Assembly (NCBI GenBank): GCA_965217585.1
Contig: OZ244561.1
Span: 1,280,001 to 1,344,000 of the forward strand
Length of the DNA stretch: 64,000 nt
From: Candidatus Latescibacterota bacterium
Lineage (GTDB): Bacteria; Latescibacterota; UBA2968; UBA8231
Direction: 5' to 3'
The position numbers were made by a program, and so were the translations under genes. This document shows, one piece after another, positions 55,474 to 64,000 of this stretch. A model generated the notes under the pieces. It had not been told where the DNA came from. It saw only the letters and a list, made by a program, of their open reading frames with translations, and ran no database searches. Each line of letters opens with the position of its first letter. Position 1 is the first letter of the stretch.

Positions 55474-58142
55474 CCTTTGAACGGCTCCAATCCCATGACT
55501 AGGCGCATGAAAAACAGGACTTGGTCAATGTCTTCGACCTGGCGCGAGCGGTCGTCGAATTGCAGTTGTTTGCGTTGGTAGCCCGTGCTCAGACTGAGGT
55601 GGTAGCCCTTGTAGGTCGTCCTATTGGTCACCATGACCACGTAGTCCTCGGCTCCATAGTTGACGGCGCTGTTGACGCGATCGCGGTACCTGCTTTTGAG
55701 CAAGGGCAGACCCTGGGCACCAGCGCTGAAGCGGGTCATGGGCGTGAGATCGTACGTCGCGGTCAGGATCGGATAGAAAAAGCGCTCTGAAATGGGCCGT
55801 ACCCGATCGCTGCGATCGCGCCGCACAAAGCCCATGTACTTGATGCGGGGCGTCACCGTCAAGCTACCCACATTCCAGTTATACGCCGCTCTCAACACCC
55901 AGGACCAAGCACCGATCTGATTGGCGGGTTGTAGGGATGTGGGACGCTGGAAATTGACGCTGTACTTGAGGCGCTGGTCGATATTGAGGTTGTCGATGCG
56001 GAAGAAGGTGGCCTTGAGATAGGCCGTGTTGACCAAGCTATTGCGCATGGCCAATTCGTCCTCGACTAGTTCAAAATTATCGACATTGGCGTCAAAGGTG
56101 CCCCGCACCTCAAAGGGCAGGGCATTGGAGATGCGCGGCAAAAATTGCGGGGTGTCGTCCGCAATGTCGTCTTGCACCTGCTTGCAAACATTGAAAAACT
56201 CCACGCGGCCGTACGGGAAAAGGGAGCGCTGATAGGCCGCTTTGAAATAGGAGACGCGGTTTTCCCCCGCGCCCCAGATCTGGCGCGTGTGGTAGCGCCC
56301 CAAGGTGAATTCAAGTCCGCTGCGAGGGCGCAGGCCGGCGAACAGGTGATGGCCTTGGCTATCGACATCATAGGGATAATCGGGCTCGAAGTCGTCCTCC
56401 CGATGGTCGATGATGCCGTTGTTGTCGAGGTCGTCGCCGTAGTCGTATTCGGGCGGATCAACGCGGTAGAGCAGGAAAGGCTCGAGGTAGTCGGGAGCCG
56501 TGTTGCCGTTTTCGTTGGGATCGGGCTGGCCGTCCTGATCGAGGTCGAGGCCGGGAAAAATGCCGTCGTTATCGGCAAAATTCGGCAGGAAGTGCGCGTC
56601 GGGGAAGCGGTCGCGGTCGTCGTTGTCGTCTACCGTGGACAATTCGAGGGTGTTGTTGTAGCGCTCGTCAAAGCTCGGAAAGACGCTGAAGGGACTGCGC
56701 AGATCCTCGGTGTAGGTGCGATAATTCCGGTCCTCGACGGAAATGCTAGTGCTGTACTGGGGCGCCATGCGGAAGACCTCAAAGCCGAGACTGGCGCGGT
56801 GCCAATCCCGGGTGGCATTGACAAAAAAGGCGTCGGCCGTGCGGCGCTGCCACTTGCCGTCCCCGGCGTGGGAGGGATACTGGCGAAATTCAAAGGTGCG
56901 GGCGAACTCAGTGCGCAGGGAGAAATCCCGGCGCTGCACTTCGAGACGCAGGCTGGCATTGGTGCGACCCGTGTGGCGGCCGTACTCAAAGTCCACCCAG
57001 CGCCGGTTGGAGCCGTCGCGCACTTGCCCCTCGGCCGCGATTACCGGATAGAAAAAGGTGGCGCGTTCGCCGGTTATATTGACATTGGCCGATGAAGTAG
57101 TCGCGGCCGGAAGAAAGACTTCGGCCATTTCAATGCGGTAGTCATTGGCCACCAGCCCGCGAAAGCGCAAGCGCTCGACCTGCCCCCGCATTTCCTGGGG
57201 AATTTTGAACCAGTAGAGCAAAAACTCCGAGCCATTGGCCTCGAGAAATTCACCTTGCTCGGCCGGCTCCACGACCAGATCTCCCCGGAGAAACTCGATA
57301 TACGGCGGTATGGTCTTGCCCAGGGGAAAGAAGCGGTCGCGGTTGGGATAGGTTCTATCGATCTGCTCGCTATCGTGGCGAGTGACGAGCGGGCGGATGG
57401 CGCCGAGCGTCCCTTCGATATGCAGGTCGTAGATCCGGGCCCCGCCGCCATCCTTGGGCGAACCATCGCCGAACTTGACCACCACGTAGGCCGGCGGCGT
57501 GTTCTTGCGCGGCACCACGCCCTTGATGCTATTGTCGCCCCACGCGGTCAGGCTGTTGGTGCGGTGCAAGTTGACATACGAAAAACTCAAGTCCAGCACC
57601 CCAAACTTGCGCTGGACGTGGCCGCCGAGCAGGTAGGTGGCCCAATCCCTAGCTCCGTGCAGTTCGAGATTATCCCCTGGGAAGATGGGCCAGTCGAGGC
57701 GCGACGTGACAAAGGAAAATTGGCTGCCATCGACATCGGCGTCCCAGCGGGCGCCGTTGAGCGCGACTAGGTCGAGGGTGAGGGCGGTGAATTTGGTGCG
57801 GATGCGGTCGCCGACGATCAGCCGGCTGCTCCAGTTGCCATAGCTGTCCTGGGCCACGAGCAGGCGATTGAGGTACTGCTGATAAAAGCGGCTCTTGTCG
57901 ATAAAGCTACCCGATTCGGGCGGATTGGTTCGCCCTTCCTCCAATTCAAAGACGCCGACCCCGTCGAGGACAAAGTTGCCCAAATCGTCGTACCTATTGC
58001 GCGTGACTTGGCCAAATATCCCCGAGTTGTACGCGCGGTACCCCTGGCGGGCATAGCTCTCATAGCGCTCCTCGGCATCGTAAAGCAATTGCCCAAAAGC
58101 GGGCGCGGACCAAGCCAAGACGACGAGGAAGAGGACCATCAC
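55470..58142 (-). CDS. Barrel-like family paralog 3
   Basis: Probable GTG/ATG start at 58142/58139 after GAGGGG; FTALTLD, DGSPKDG, VRDGSN, VDDNDDRDRFPD...PDYLEPFL...PDYPY; ends FFMRLVMGLEPFKG. Confidence 0.7.
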   Translation of the reverse strand: MMVLFLVVLAWSAPAFGQLLYDAEERYESYARQGYRAYNSGIFGQVTRNRYDDLGNFVLDGVGVFELEEGRTNPPESGSFIDKSRFYQQYLNRLLVAQDSYGNWSSRLIVGDRIRTKFTALTLDLVALNGARWDADVDGSQFSFVTSRLDWPIFPGDNLELHGARDWATYLLGGHVQRKFGVLDLSFSYVNLHRTNSLTAWGDNSIKGVVPRKNTPPAYVVVKFGDGSPKDGGGARIYDLHIEGTLGAIRPLVTRHDSEQIDRTYPNRDRFFPLGKTIPPYIEFLRGDLVVEPAEQGEFLEANGSEFLLYWFKIPQEMRGQVERLRFRGLVANDYRIEMAEVFLPAATTSSANVNITGERATFFYPVIAAEGQVRDGSNRRWVDFEYGRHTGRTNASLRLEVQRRDFSLRTEFARTFEFRQYPSHAGDGKWQRRTADAFFVNATRDWHRASLGFEVFRMAPQYSTSISVEDRNYRTYTEDLRSPFSVFPSFDERYNNTLELSTVDDNDDRDRFPDAHFLPNFADNDGIFPGLDLDQDGQPDPNENGNTAPDYLEPFLLYRVDPPEYDYGDDLDNNGIIDHREDDFEPDYPYDVDSQGHHLFAGLRPRSGLEFTLGRYHTRQIWGAGENRVSYFKAAYQRSLFPYGRVEFFNVCKQVQDDIADDTPQFLPRISNALPFEVRGTFDANVDNFELVEDELAMRNSLVNTAYLKATFFRIDNLNIDQRLKYSVNFQRPTSLQPANQIGAWSWVLRAAYNWNVGSLTVTPRIKYMGFVRRDRSDRVRPISERFFYPILTATYDLTPMTRFSAGAQGLPLLKSRYRDRVNSAVNYGAEDYVVMVTNRTTYKGYHLSLSTGYQRKQLQFDDRSRQVEDIDQVLFFMRLVMGLEPFKG

Positions 58143-58173
58143 AGTACGCACCCCTCGATAAAAATAGATCGTC

Positions 58174-58203
58174 CCATCTGCGCCCATCTGCGTCCATCTG
58201 CGG
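58174..58203. repeat. Three 10-bp tandem units CCATCTGCGY (REP-like half element)
   Basis: ccatctgcgc ccatctgcgt ccatctgcgg in the intergenic gap. Confidence 0.75.
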
Positions 58204-58209
58204 ATAACA

Positions 58210-60897
58210 TCACAGCACCCGCGCCTGAACGAAAAATTCTTTGAACTTGCGCACTCTGCGCCCAGGACTATGCACAAAGCGGGTGTAGCTAGCGCGAAAA
58301 CCCAAATTGAGACTGAGATCGAATCCCCGGTTGTGGCTGCGGTTCTCAATGGCCAAAAGATAGTGGCGGGCCGTGAAATCCCCGGTCCGGTACTCTTCGT
58401 TGCGAAAGGTGTGCGGCCAGCCCGGCAAGCCCTGAATGCCAAAGCGCAGCACCGTGGCTTGGCCCAGTGCGTAGTCCGCCTGCAGGATGGGGAACAGTTC
58501 ATACGTGCGGAGCGGCAATAGCAGGTCGTCGGGGGCGGTGCGGCGCTGGAGCCTCAGTTTGGCACTGGGGCGGATTTTCAGGCCCTGCCGCACAAAGGTG
58601 TAATCCGCCTTGCTGGTCCAAGTCCAGTCGATAATATGGCTGCGCTGGTCTAGCGTCTCCAACATGCGGTTGATTTCGAGCTTAGTGGTGGCTTTGACCT
58701 GCACCCTGGGGATGGACGCGTATCCCGCGGTGCCGTACAGGGTGTGGAGCCAGCTATTTTGCGCCAGCAGTGGATCGGGTTTGATTTTGATCGCGGTATT
58801 GGTCGCGGTCAGCGGATCGACGACGTGCTGGTACACTGGATCGGCGATGGTATCGCGCACCCGCTTACTGCGCACATTGAGTTGCAGGTGCCCCCTCTGG
58901 TATTGCGCCTCCCCGTACGCGACTTGGTTGCGACCGGCGCCAGCGCGCTGTGCAATGCGGTACTGCCCGAGGCGGAATTGCAAGGATGAGCGGGGGCGGA
59001 AAAGGGCGAATGAATGGTACCCACGGCTGTCGAGCGGATAGGGGTAGTCCGGCAGATTGTCGTTTTCGCGCCGATCCACTACGCCGTTGTTGTTGAAGTC
59101 GTCGCCGTACACAAAATCGTCTGGTTCAACGGCGTACATGAGGAAGGGCTCGGCGTAGTCGGGTATCTGGTTCTGGTTGACATTAATCTCCAAGACCCCG
59201 TCTCCATCTTGGTCCAGCCCGGGAAAAACGCCGTACCCAACGCCATTGCCGAGGTTGCCGGGCAGGTAGTCAATGGCGGCCTGGGTCGGCTGGCCCTCCG
59301 GGTCCACGCCGGCGGCATTTTTTAGGCTGATGTAGAGTGGGTCGAGCGGATCCCAGTGTTCCCAGCGGTCCTCCCAGTAGTCGCCGTCGTCGTTGTCATC
59401 GACCAGCGCGTAGTCCAATACCTTGTCGGCGCGTTCCGACCACATGGGCAGGGTGGTGGCGTACGCGGCCGGCAGGCGAAACACCTCGACGCCGACTGCG
59501 AGGCTGTCGATCTGGTGCAGCCCCTTGAGGAAAAAGGCCCGGCTGGCGCGGCGCTGGTGCTGGTTGGCACCGGGAAAGCGGCGGTACCCGACGTTTTCGA
59601 CCAACTCGCCCGCAAGAGTCGTCCCCTCCCATTGCCAGAGAAAGTCGCTGCCGTAGTGAATTTGGGCGGTCGGGAAGCCGTATTCAAAACGCACCCAGCG
59701 CAAGTTGGAGCCGTCCCGGACATTGTGCGGCGCGCGCGCGACATTGTGCCAGTCGGTCCAGATGCGATTGGGCACGCCGTCCCAGCCGTAGGTCGCCGCC
59801 ACGTCAATACTATAGTCGCCGGCCACTTGGGCGCGAAAGCTCAGGCGCTCGGCCGTGGCTGGAATTTCGCAGCGATAGACCAGCAAATCGGTGCCGCCCA
59901 CTTCGAGGGGAAACTCCGCTGCTGCAACGGGCAGACCCTCCTGGAAAAAGAGGCCGCGTTCCTGGCGTCGGTTGTTGAGCCGGGGATCGAAGACTCGGTC
60001 GAGCGGTACGCTCTGCGGGGCCCAGGGTCCGTGGCGGCGCAGATGGGGGATGTGGTCCGGGTCGGCGAGGCGCGGGATGCGCCGAATATCCGGCGCGATC
60101 GGGATCGGTGCGCCATCGACAAAAATTTCCATGGCCAGCACTTGCACGCCGCTGTCATCCTCGGGGGAATCGTCGCTGAAAACCACGTAGTAGAAGGTGG
60201 TCTTGGCCAGATCTGTGGGAAAGGTGCCGCGCGTCGAGCCCCGGCGCTGCATGCTATCGCGCAGATGCAGATTGACGTACGAACCGCCGATGGTCAGCGC
60301 GTTGCCCAGCCGGCTTTCCCAGCGGCCGCCGAGCAGATAGGTGGCAAACGGGAGATTGTTGGCACCGCCGACTAGGGGCGAGGAAACCCGGGCGCCCAGT
60401 ACGGTAAAGCGATTCTTGTAGGAAGAACCATCCCAGCGCAGCCCCTGCAGGCGCGCCTTGTCGAGAGTCAGCGGCGTGAAGCGGGCCTCGAGGGCGTCGC
60501 CGACCATGACCCGGGCCGACCAGTCGCGGTAGTGATCGCGCATGATGACCAAGTTGCGAAAGGTGGCCGCTAGATGGCCGCTGCGGAAAATTCGGCTGCT
60601 GCGCTGGGGTGCCAGAGTGCGGTATTCCTCCACGCGCAGCAACTCCACCCCGTCGAGCAGATAGGCCCCAAAGGGGTCGTAGGTCGGGTTATCGGGGCGG
60701 GCCGTGTAGTCCCGGTAACTGAGCAGGCTGTAGTTTTCGTAGCGCTCGTGCCACCAAGGATAGTACTCGCGGTTGAGGAAACGGGACTGGGCCCGGCTCC
60801 AGGGCAGGTACTCGGTGGTGGTGAGTTGGCCTCCTGCCCGGTCCCAAGCGATGACGCAGAGCAGCGCGGCCAGCCTAATGATCGGGAGGCCCCTCAT
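58210..60897 (-). CDS. Barrel-like family paralog 4
   Basis: FTPLTLD, DDSPEDD, RAPHNVRDGSN, VDDNDDGD...PDYAEPFL...PDYPY; ends FFVQARVL. Confidence 0.7.
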   Translation of the reverse strand: MRGLPIIRLAALLCVIAWDRAGGQLTTTEYLPWSRAQSRFLNREYYPWWHERYENYSLLSYRDYTARPDNPTYDPFGAYLLDGVELLRVEEYRTLAPQRSSRIFRSGHLAATFRNLVIMRDHYRDWSARVMVGDALEARFTPLTLDKARLQGLRWDGSSYKNRFTVLGARVSSPLVGGANNLPFATYLLGGRWESRLGNALTIGGSYVNLHLRDSMQRRGSTRGTFPTDLAKTTFYYVVFSDDSPEDDSGVQVLAMEIFVDGAPIPIAPDIRRIPRLADPDHIPHLRRHGPWAPQSVPLDRVFDPRLNNRRQERGLFFQEGLPVAAAEFPLEVGGTDLLVYRCEIPATAERLSFRAQVAGDYSIDVAATYGWDGVPNRIWTDWHNVARAPHNVRDGSNLRWVRFEYGFPTAQIHYGSDFLWQWEGTTLAGELVENVGYRRFPGANQHQRRASRAFFLKGLHQIDSLAVGVEVFRLPAAYATTLPMWSERADKVLDYALVDDNDDGDYWEDRWEHWDPLDPLYISLKNAAGVDPEGQPTQAAIDYLPGNLGNGVGYGVFPGLDQDGDGVLEINVNQNQIPDYAEPFLMYAVEPDDFVYGDDFNNNGVVDRRENDNLPDYPYPLDSRGYHSFALFRPRSSLQFRLGQYRIAQRAGAGRNQVAYGEAQYQRGHLQLNVRSKRVRDTIADPVYQHVVDPLTATNTAIKIKPDPLLAQNSWLHTLYGTAGYASIPRVQVKATTKLEINRMLETLDQRSHIIDWTWTSKADYTFVRQGLKIRPSAKLRLQRRTAPDDLLLPLRTYELFPILQADYALGQATVLRFGIQGLPGWPHTFRNEEYRTGDFTARHYLLAIENRSHNRGFDLSLNLGFRASYTRFVHSPGRRVRKFKEFFVQARVL

Positions 60898-60900
60898 ACG

Positions 60901-62964
60901 CTAGTAGACCACGGCCACGTGGCCGCTGTGGACCTCGTCCCCTGCATCTAGCTCCACCTTGACCTGAAAGAGATAGAGACCCGGGGGCACTACGTTGCCA
61001 TGATCATTGCGGCCGTCCCAATAGCCGGGGCTTTCGCGCTCCCGGCCAGACAGGCGCAAATAGGTTCCCGCGCTCAGAGCCGGAGGCCGGAGCCGGGCCA
61101 CAAGGCGGCCGCTCAAGTCGAAGATGCGCATGGATACCGGGCGCGCCACATCCACTCTGGAGAGGACTAATTCGATCACCGTGGCGTCGTTGATACCATC
61201 GCCGTTGGGCGAAAATATCGGCGGATTGGCCCGCACCTGTTCGAGGACTTGGCCAGCAACCGTGGTCGTGACCAACGTCCACGAATGGGGCCTTTGGGTG
61301 CGCGGATCTTCGTCTTGGTTGGGCGCGGCGTTGAGCGGATTTTCCGAGCCTAAGCTGAACAGGAAAGCGCGGAACCGGTGCAGGTGGGCATAGGAGCGAG
61401 TGCGGAAGGGGATCTGCAACTGGGTGCTTTGCCGCAGGGGCTCGGCGAAAATCAAGGTGAGCAAGTGCTGGGTGGAAAACCACTCGGCCAGTACAGCAGT
61501 CCCCAAGTCGATATCCCGGCCGAGCTGGGCCTGTCCGGGCACGGCTATTTGCAAGCTTTTGACCCCCTGATCGCCGGTGCCGATCTCCACGTCGAGGGTA
61601 TAGACAAAGGTGGTATCCACGCCCATCGGCGTCCGGTTGGGCTCGACGCGACCACGGGCCGTGGACGCGGCTATATCCTCGGTAGAATACTCGATGCTCA
61701 GGTCGCGAAAAAGAGGGCTTTTCTCCGGGTCTCGGCTCTCCATATTGACGCGGTACTGCAAAAACCGTCCGGGTTCGGGGCCGGGAAAGAGGATTCCTCC
61801 AGCGACCTGCGGAGCGCTCCAGCCTTCTTGGGGATCGGCAAAAGCGGCCGGGGTGGCACCGCTGCGAAACTGGACCGACAGGTCCGTGCGCAGGGGAATG
61901 TCTGCATGCCAAGCGATGCGGCCGAAATTCTTGCGCCTGTCCGGTGCTCCCAAATCCAGCGGTGCGGAAAGAAACACTCCCTCCTCGGCAAAACCCTCGC
62001 CAAAGACCTGGATCTCCGCGACCTTGGGTTGGCTCACGCCATTGACGTCGATGATGACAATGCGCACGAACCGGGTCCAAGTCGGATTGAAGACCACTTC
62101 GGTGCGCTCGAACTGGAGGATATCGTGCAAAACCCCCACCTCGGACCAGCGGATTTCGTTGTCGCTGACTTGCACGGAATAGCCCTGTAGGGAATTCTGG
62201 GCGAATTCAGGCCCTTCGGTCAGCACCCGCACGGACCGGATCCGTCGGCGTTGTTGCAAATCGATGGAGGCAGCAAAATTGACCGAGGATACGGGCGGTT
62301 CCCAAGCAGTGCGCAAATCGCCGTCCACGGCTTCAATGCGATTGGAGGGCCGCCCTAAAGCCAAGTTCTCACCGCGTATTTGCTTGAGAACCACGCCGCC
62401 GGCCACGCCGCCAATATCCGTGCCACCGGGAAAACCAGCGACTAGGTCCGGGGCCGGGTCGGGCAAGCCCTCGATCAGGGCGCGATTGGCGCTGCCAGCC
62501 TGGACCACCTGCCAGCCCAGTTGCTCCGCGATATCGGCTACTTGCCAGTCGGTGTCGGCCGGGGGGCGGGCGGTCCAGTACCAAGTCTGGGCTTTGGGGT
62601 CGGTCTCGCCGTAGCGCAGGGAATCGACCGCGACCACGGCCAGCAGGCCATGGCCCACGCCCAAACCGCGATTAACCACCTCGACGGCCAGGGCGTTATC
62701 ACCGCTGAGCACGTTGACTGGGTAGGTGTGCATCTGGTTCCAAGACGAATTGGCCCCGATGAAGACGCCGTTGAAATAGACCGCAAAACTGTCCACCGCG
62801 GCAATGTGGAGCAGCCCCGAGGTACTGCTGTCGGCCGCAAAGGTGGTGCGGTAGTACAGGGTATTGCGATAGGTGTCCTGGGTCCAGACCTCGGCGCCGC
62901 TCCCACCCGGAAGCATTAGCAGGAGGCAGGTGACCAACCCGGATCTGATATGGGCTCGGGCCAT
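60901..62964 (-). CDS. Secreted jelly-roll plus discoidin protein with FSPNGDGIND-type CTD (paralog of 24685-26754)
   Basis: YRNTLYYRTTF, VDGDLRTAW, YSVQVSD, AEIQVFG; ends GHVAVVY. Confidence 0.85.
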   Translation of the reverse strand: MARAHIRSGLVTCLLLMLPGGSGAEVWTQDTYRNTLYYRTTFAADSSTSGLLHIAAVDSFAVYFNGVFIGANSSWNQMHTYPVNVLSGDNALAVEVVNRGLGVGHGLLAVVAVDSLRYGETDPKAQTWYWTARPPADTDWQVADIAEQLGWQVVQAGSANRALIEGLPDPAPDLVAGFPGGTDIGGVAGGVVLKQIRGENLALGRPSNRIEAVDGDLRTAWEPPVSSVNFAASIDLQQRRRIRSVRVLTEGPEFAQNSLQGYSVQVSDNEIRWSEVGVLHDILQFERTEVVFNPTWTRFVRIVIIDVNGVSQPKVAEIQVFGEGFAEEGVFLSAPLDLGAPDRRKNFGRIAWHADIPLRTDLSVQFRSGATPAAFADPQEGWSAPQVAGGILFPGPEPGRFLQYRVNMESRDPEKSPLFRDLSIEYSTEDIAASTARGRVEPNRTPMGVDTTFVYTLDVEIGTGDQGVKSLQIAVPGQAQLGRDIDLGTAVLAEWFSTQHLLTLIFAEPLRQSTQLQIPFRTRSYAHLHRFRAFLFSLGSENPLNAAPNQDEDPRTQRPHSWTLVTTTVAGQVLEQVRANPPIFSPNGDGINDATVIELVLSRVDVARPVSMRIFDLSGRLVARLRPPALSAGTYLRLSGRERESPGYWDGRNDHGNVVPPGLYLFQVKVELDAGDEVHSGHVAVVY

Positions 62965-63018
62965 CGCGTTGCGGATTGTTGCCAGATGGACGGAAAAGAC
63001 AGTGAAACGCTAAAACAT

Positions 63019-63071
63019 AAAAAAGGGGATCGAGTGCAATGGCGGATTGCCCCGGCCAAAACCCGATCCCC
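63019..63071 (-). terminator. Probable intrinsic terminator
   Basis: GGGGATCG...CGATCCCC inverted repeat with a T6 run downstream on the minus strand; unusually long loop. Confidence 0.5.
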
Positions 63072-63092
63072 GAAAAAAGACAGATCTGCGGG

Positions 63093-64000
63093 CTACTTCA
63101 GCAGCAGCATTTGCTTGCTATCCGCAAACGAGCTGGCCCGCAGTTCGTACAGGTACACCCCGCTGCCCACGGATTCGCCCTCGGCGTCCTGGCCATCCCA
63201 CTTGATTTCGTAGGAGCCAGCCTGTAGCTCGCCGTCCATCAGGCGGGCTACCAACTGACCGGAGATATTGTAGATATCGAGGACGACCACTCCGGCCGCT
63301 GGAATGGCAAAGCGGATCGCGGTTTCGGCATTGAAGGGATTGGGGTAGTTGTCGCCCAAGGCATAGTCAGACGGCAGGGACTCGCCGCTCAACTCCGCCA
63401 CCGCAGTAGCTGCATCGCTGCCAATGACGCCGGTACTCACGTCAAAGGGGAAGTGGACCAGTTCCTGCTGGCCGGTCGGCGCGTACAGACCGTCGTAAGG
63501 ACCCCCACTGGAGACCCAGTACAGGTCGGAAGCCAGCCCGGTGGGCATCTTGGGCAAATTGACGTTGAACAGACCGTGCCCGTCCGGCCCTAGGACAGTG
63601 CCCCAGAAGGGCTGGTTGAAACCAGAGAAAAAGGCGATGTGATGCCGGCCGACATTGGCGTGGGTAACGGCCATCTGGTGGTCAAGCCCATCTTCGGCAA
63701 AACCGCGGGCCGTGGCCTCCTCGCCGAAATAGCGGTCGAGAAAGCCGTCGCCGTTGCGGTTGAGCCAGATGAGGTCGCCGTCTAAAGTGACATGGGCTGG
63801 AAGCGAAATTGGATTGTACCATAAACCTGAGACGTATATCCCGCGGTCGTCCACATCGACTCCCCAGGGACCTTGGCTGCCCGTTTCGTGCAGGTAAACC
63901 TCGCTCAGATCGAGAATATTGGCGATTTCACCGGTGGCGCGGTCGACCGCAACAACGGCCGGCACCAATGGCTCTTCGACATCGCGATTGGCCAGATAGA
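63093..64000 (-). CDS. C-terminal part of a secreted protein (propeller-like region) with FlgD/T9SS type A-like CTD; 5' end outside the window
   Basis: TAVAE...NYPNPFN...WDGQDAEGESVGSGVYLY...KQMLLLK. Confidence 0.8.
   Translation of the reverse strand, partial: YLANRDVEEPLVPAVVAVDRATGEIANILDLSEVYLHETGSQGPWGVDVDDRGIYVSGLWYNPISLPAHVTLDGDLIWLNRNGDGFLDRYFGEEATARGFAEDGLDHQMAVTHANVGRHHIAFFSGFNQPFWGTVLGPDGHGLFNVNLPKMPTGLASDLYWVSSGGPYDGLYAPTGQQELVHFPFDVSTGVIGSDAATAVAELSGESLPSDYALGDNYPNPFNAETAIRFAIPAAGVVVLDIYNISGQLVARLMDGELQAGSYEIKWDGQDAEGESVGSGVYLYELRASSFADSKQMLLLK

Noticed and set aside
61004-62080. 358-aa alternative-frame ORF and similar nested ORFs throughout
   Set aside because: Off-frame ORFs expected at high GC; low-complexity Arg/Pro composition
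18998-62964. Canonical T9SS, BAM or SusCD-type PUL assignment
   Set aside because: No recognisable SprA/PorV/GldL-N, POTRA-BamA or SusC/SusD pair; similarity is limited to CTD motifs and domain types

Overview
GC-rich bacterial window, almost entirely cell-envelope and secreted proteins, with no rRNA, tRNA, CRISPR array or transposase seen. The gene repertoire (FlgD-like C-terminal domains, a TWGxxK C-terminus, CRTAC1, FGE-domain and TPR proteins) suggests an FCB-group organism such as Ca. Latescibacterota, possibly a sponge symbiont; this is inference. Layout: (1) 347-7108: a two-AlkP-phosphodiesterase operon with a small RHH/RLxxLGY protein and a DUF106/Oxa1-like membrane protein, plus a divergent secreted hypothetical. 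(2) About 7110-18990: a compositionally foreign block nearly free of CTAG, holding modular FN3/LRR surface proteins (one frameshifted, plus gene debris) and a lower-GC TonB-dependent receptor. (3) 18998-64000: about 45 kb of tightly coupled operons built from recurring paralogous families. These are five secreted proteins ending in a P-x-x-F-[ST]-PN-[GA]-D...Y C-terminal domain, four ~900-aa barrel-like proteins with an Asp/Asn-rich Ca-binding-like insert, two lipoproteins with a TonB-C-like tail, a TonB-like-anchored DUF4159 protein, a SurA/PpiC foldase, TPR proteins, two non-catalytic FGE lipoproteins and two CRTAC1 proteins. Block 3 is the best candidate for an undescribed secretion or surface-display system. 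All family calls come from motif recognition by eye, not database searches.
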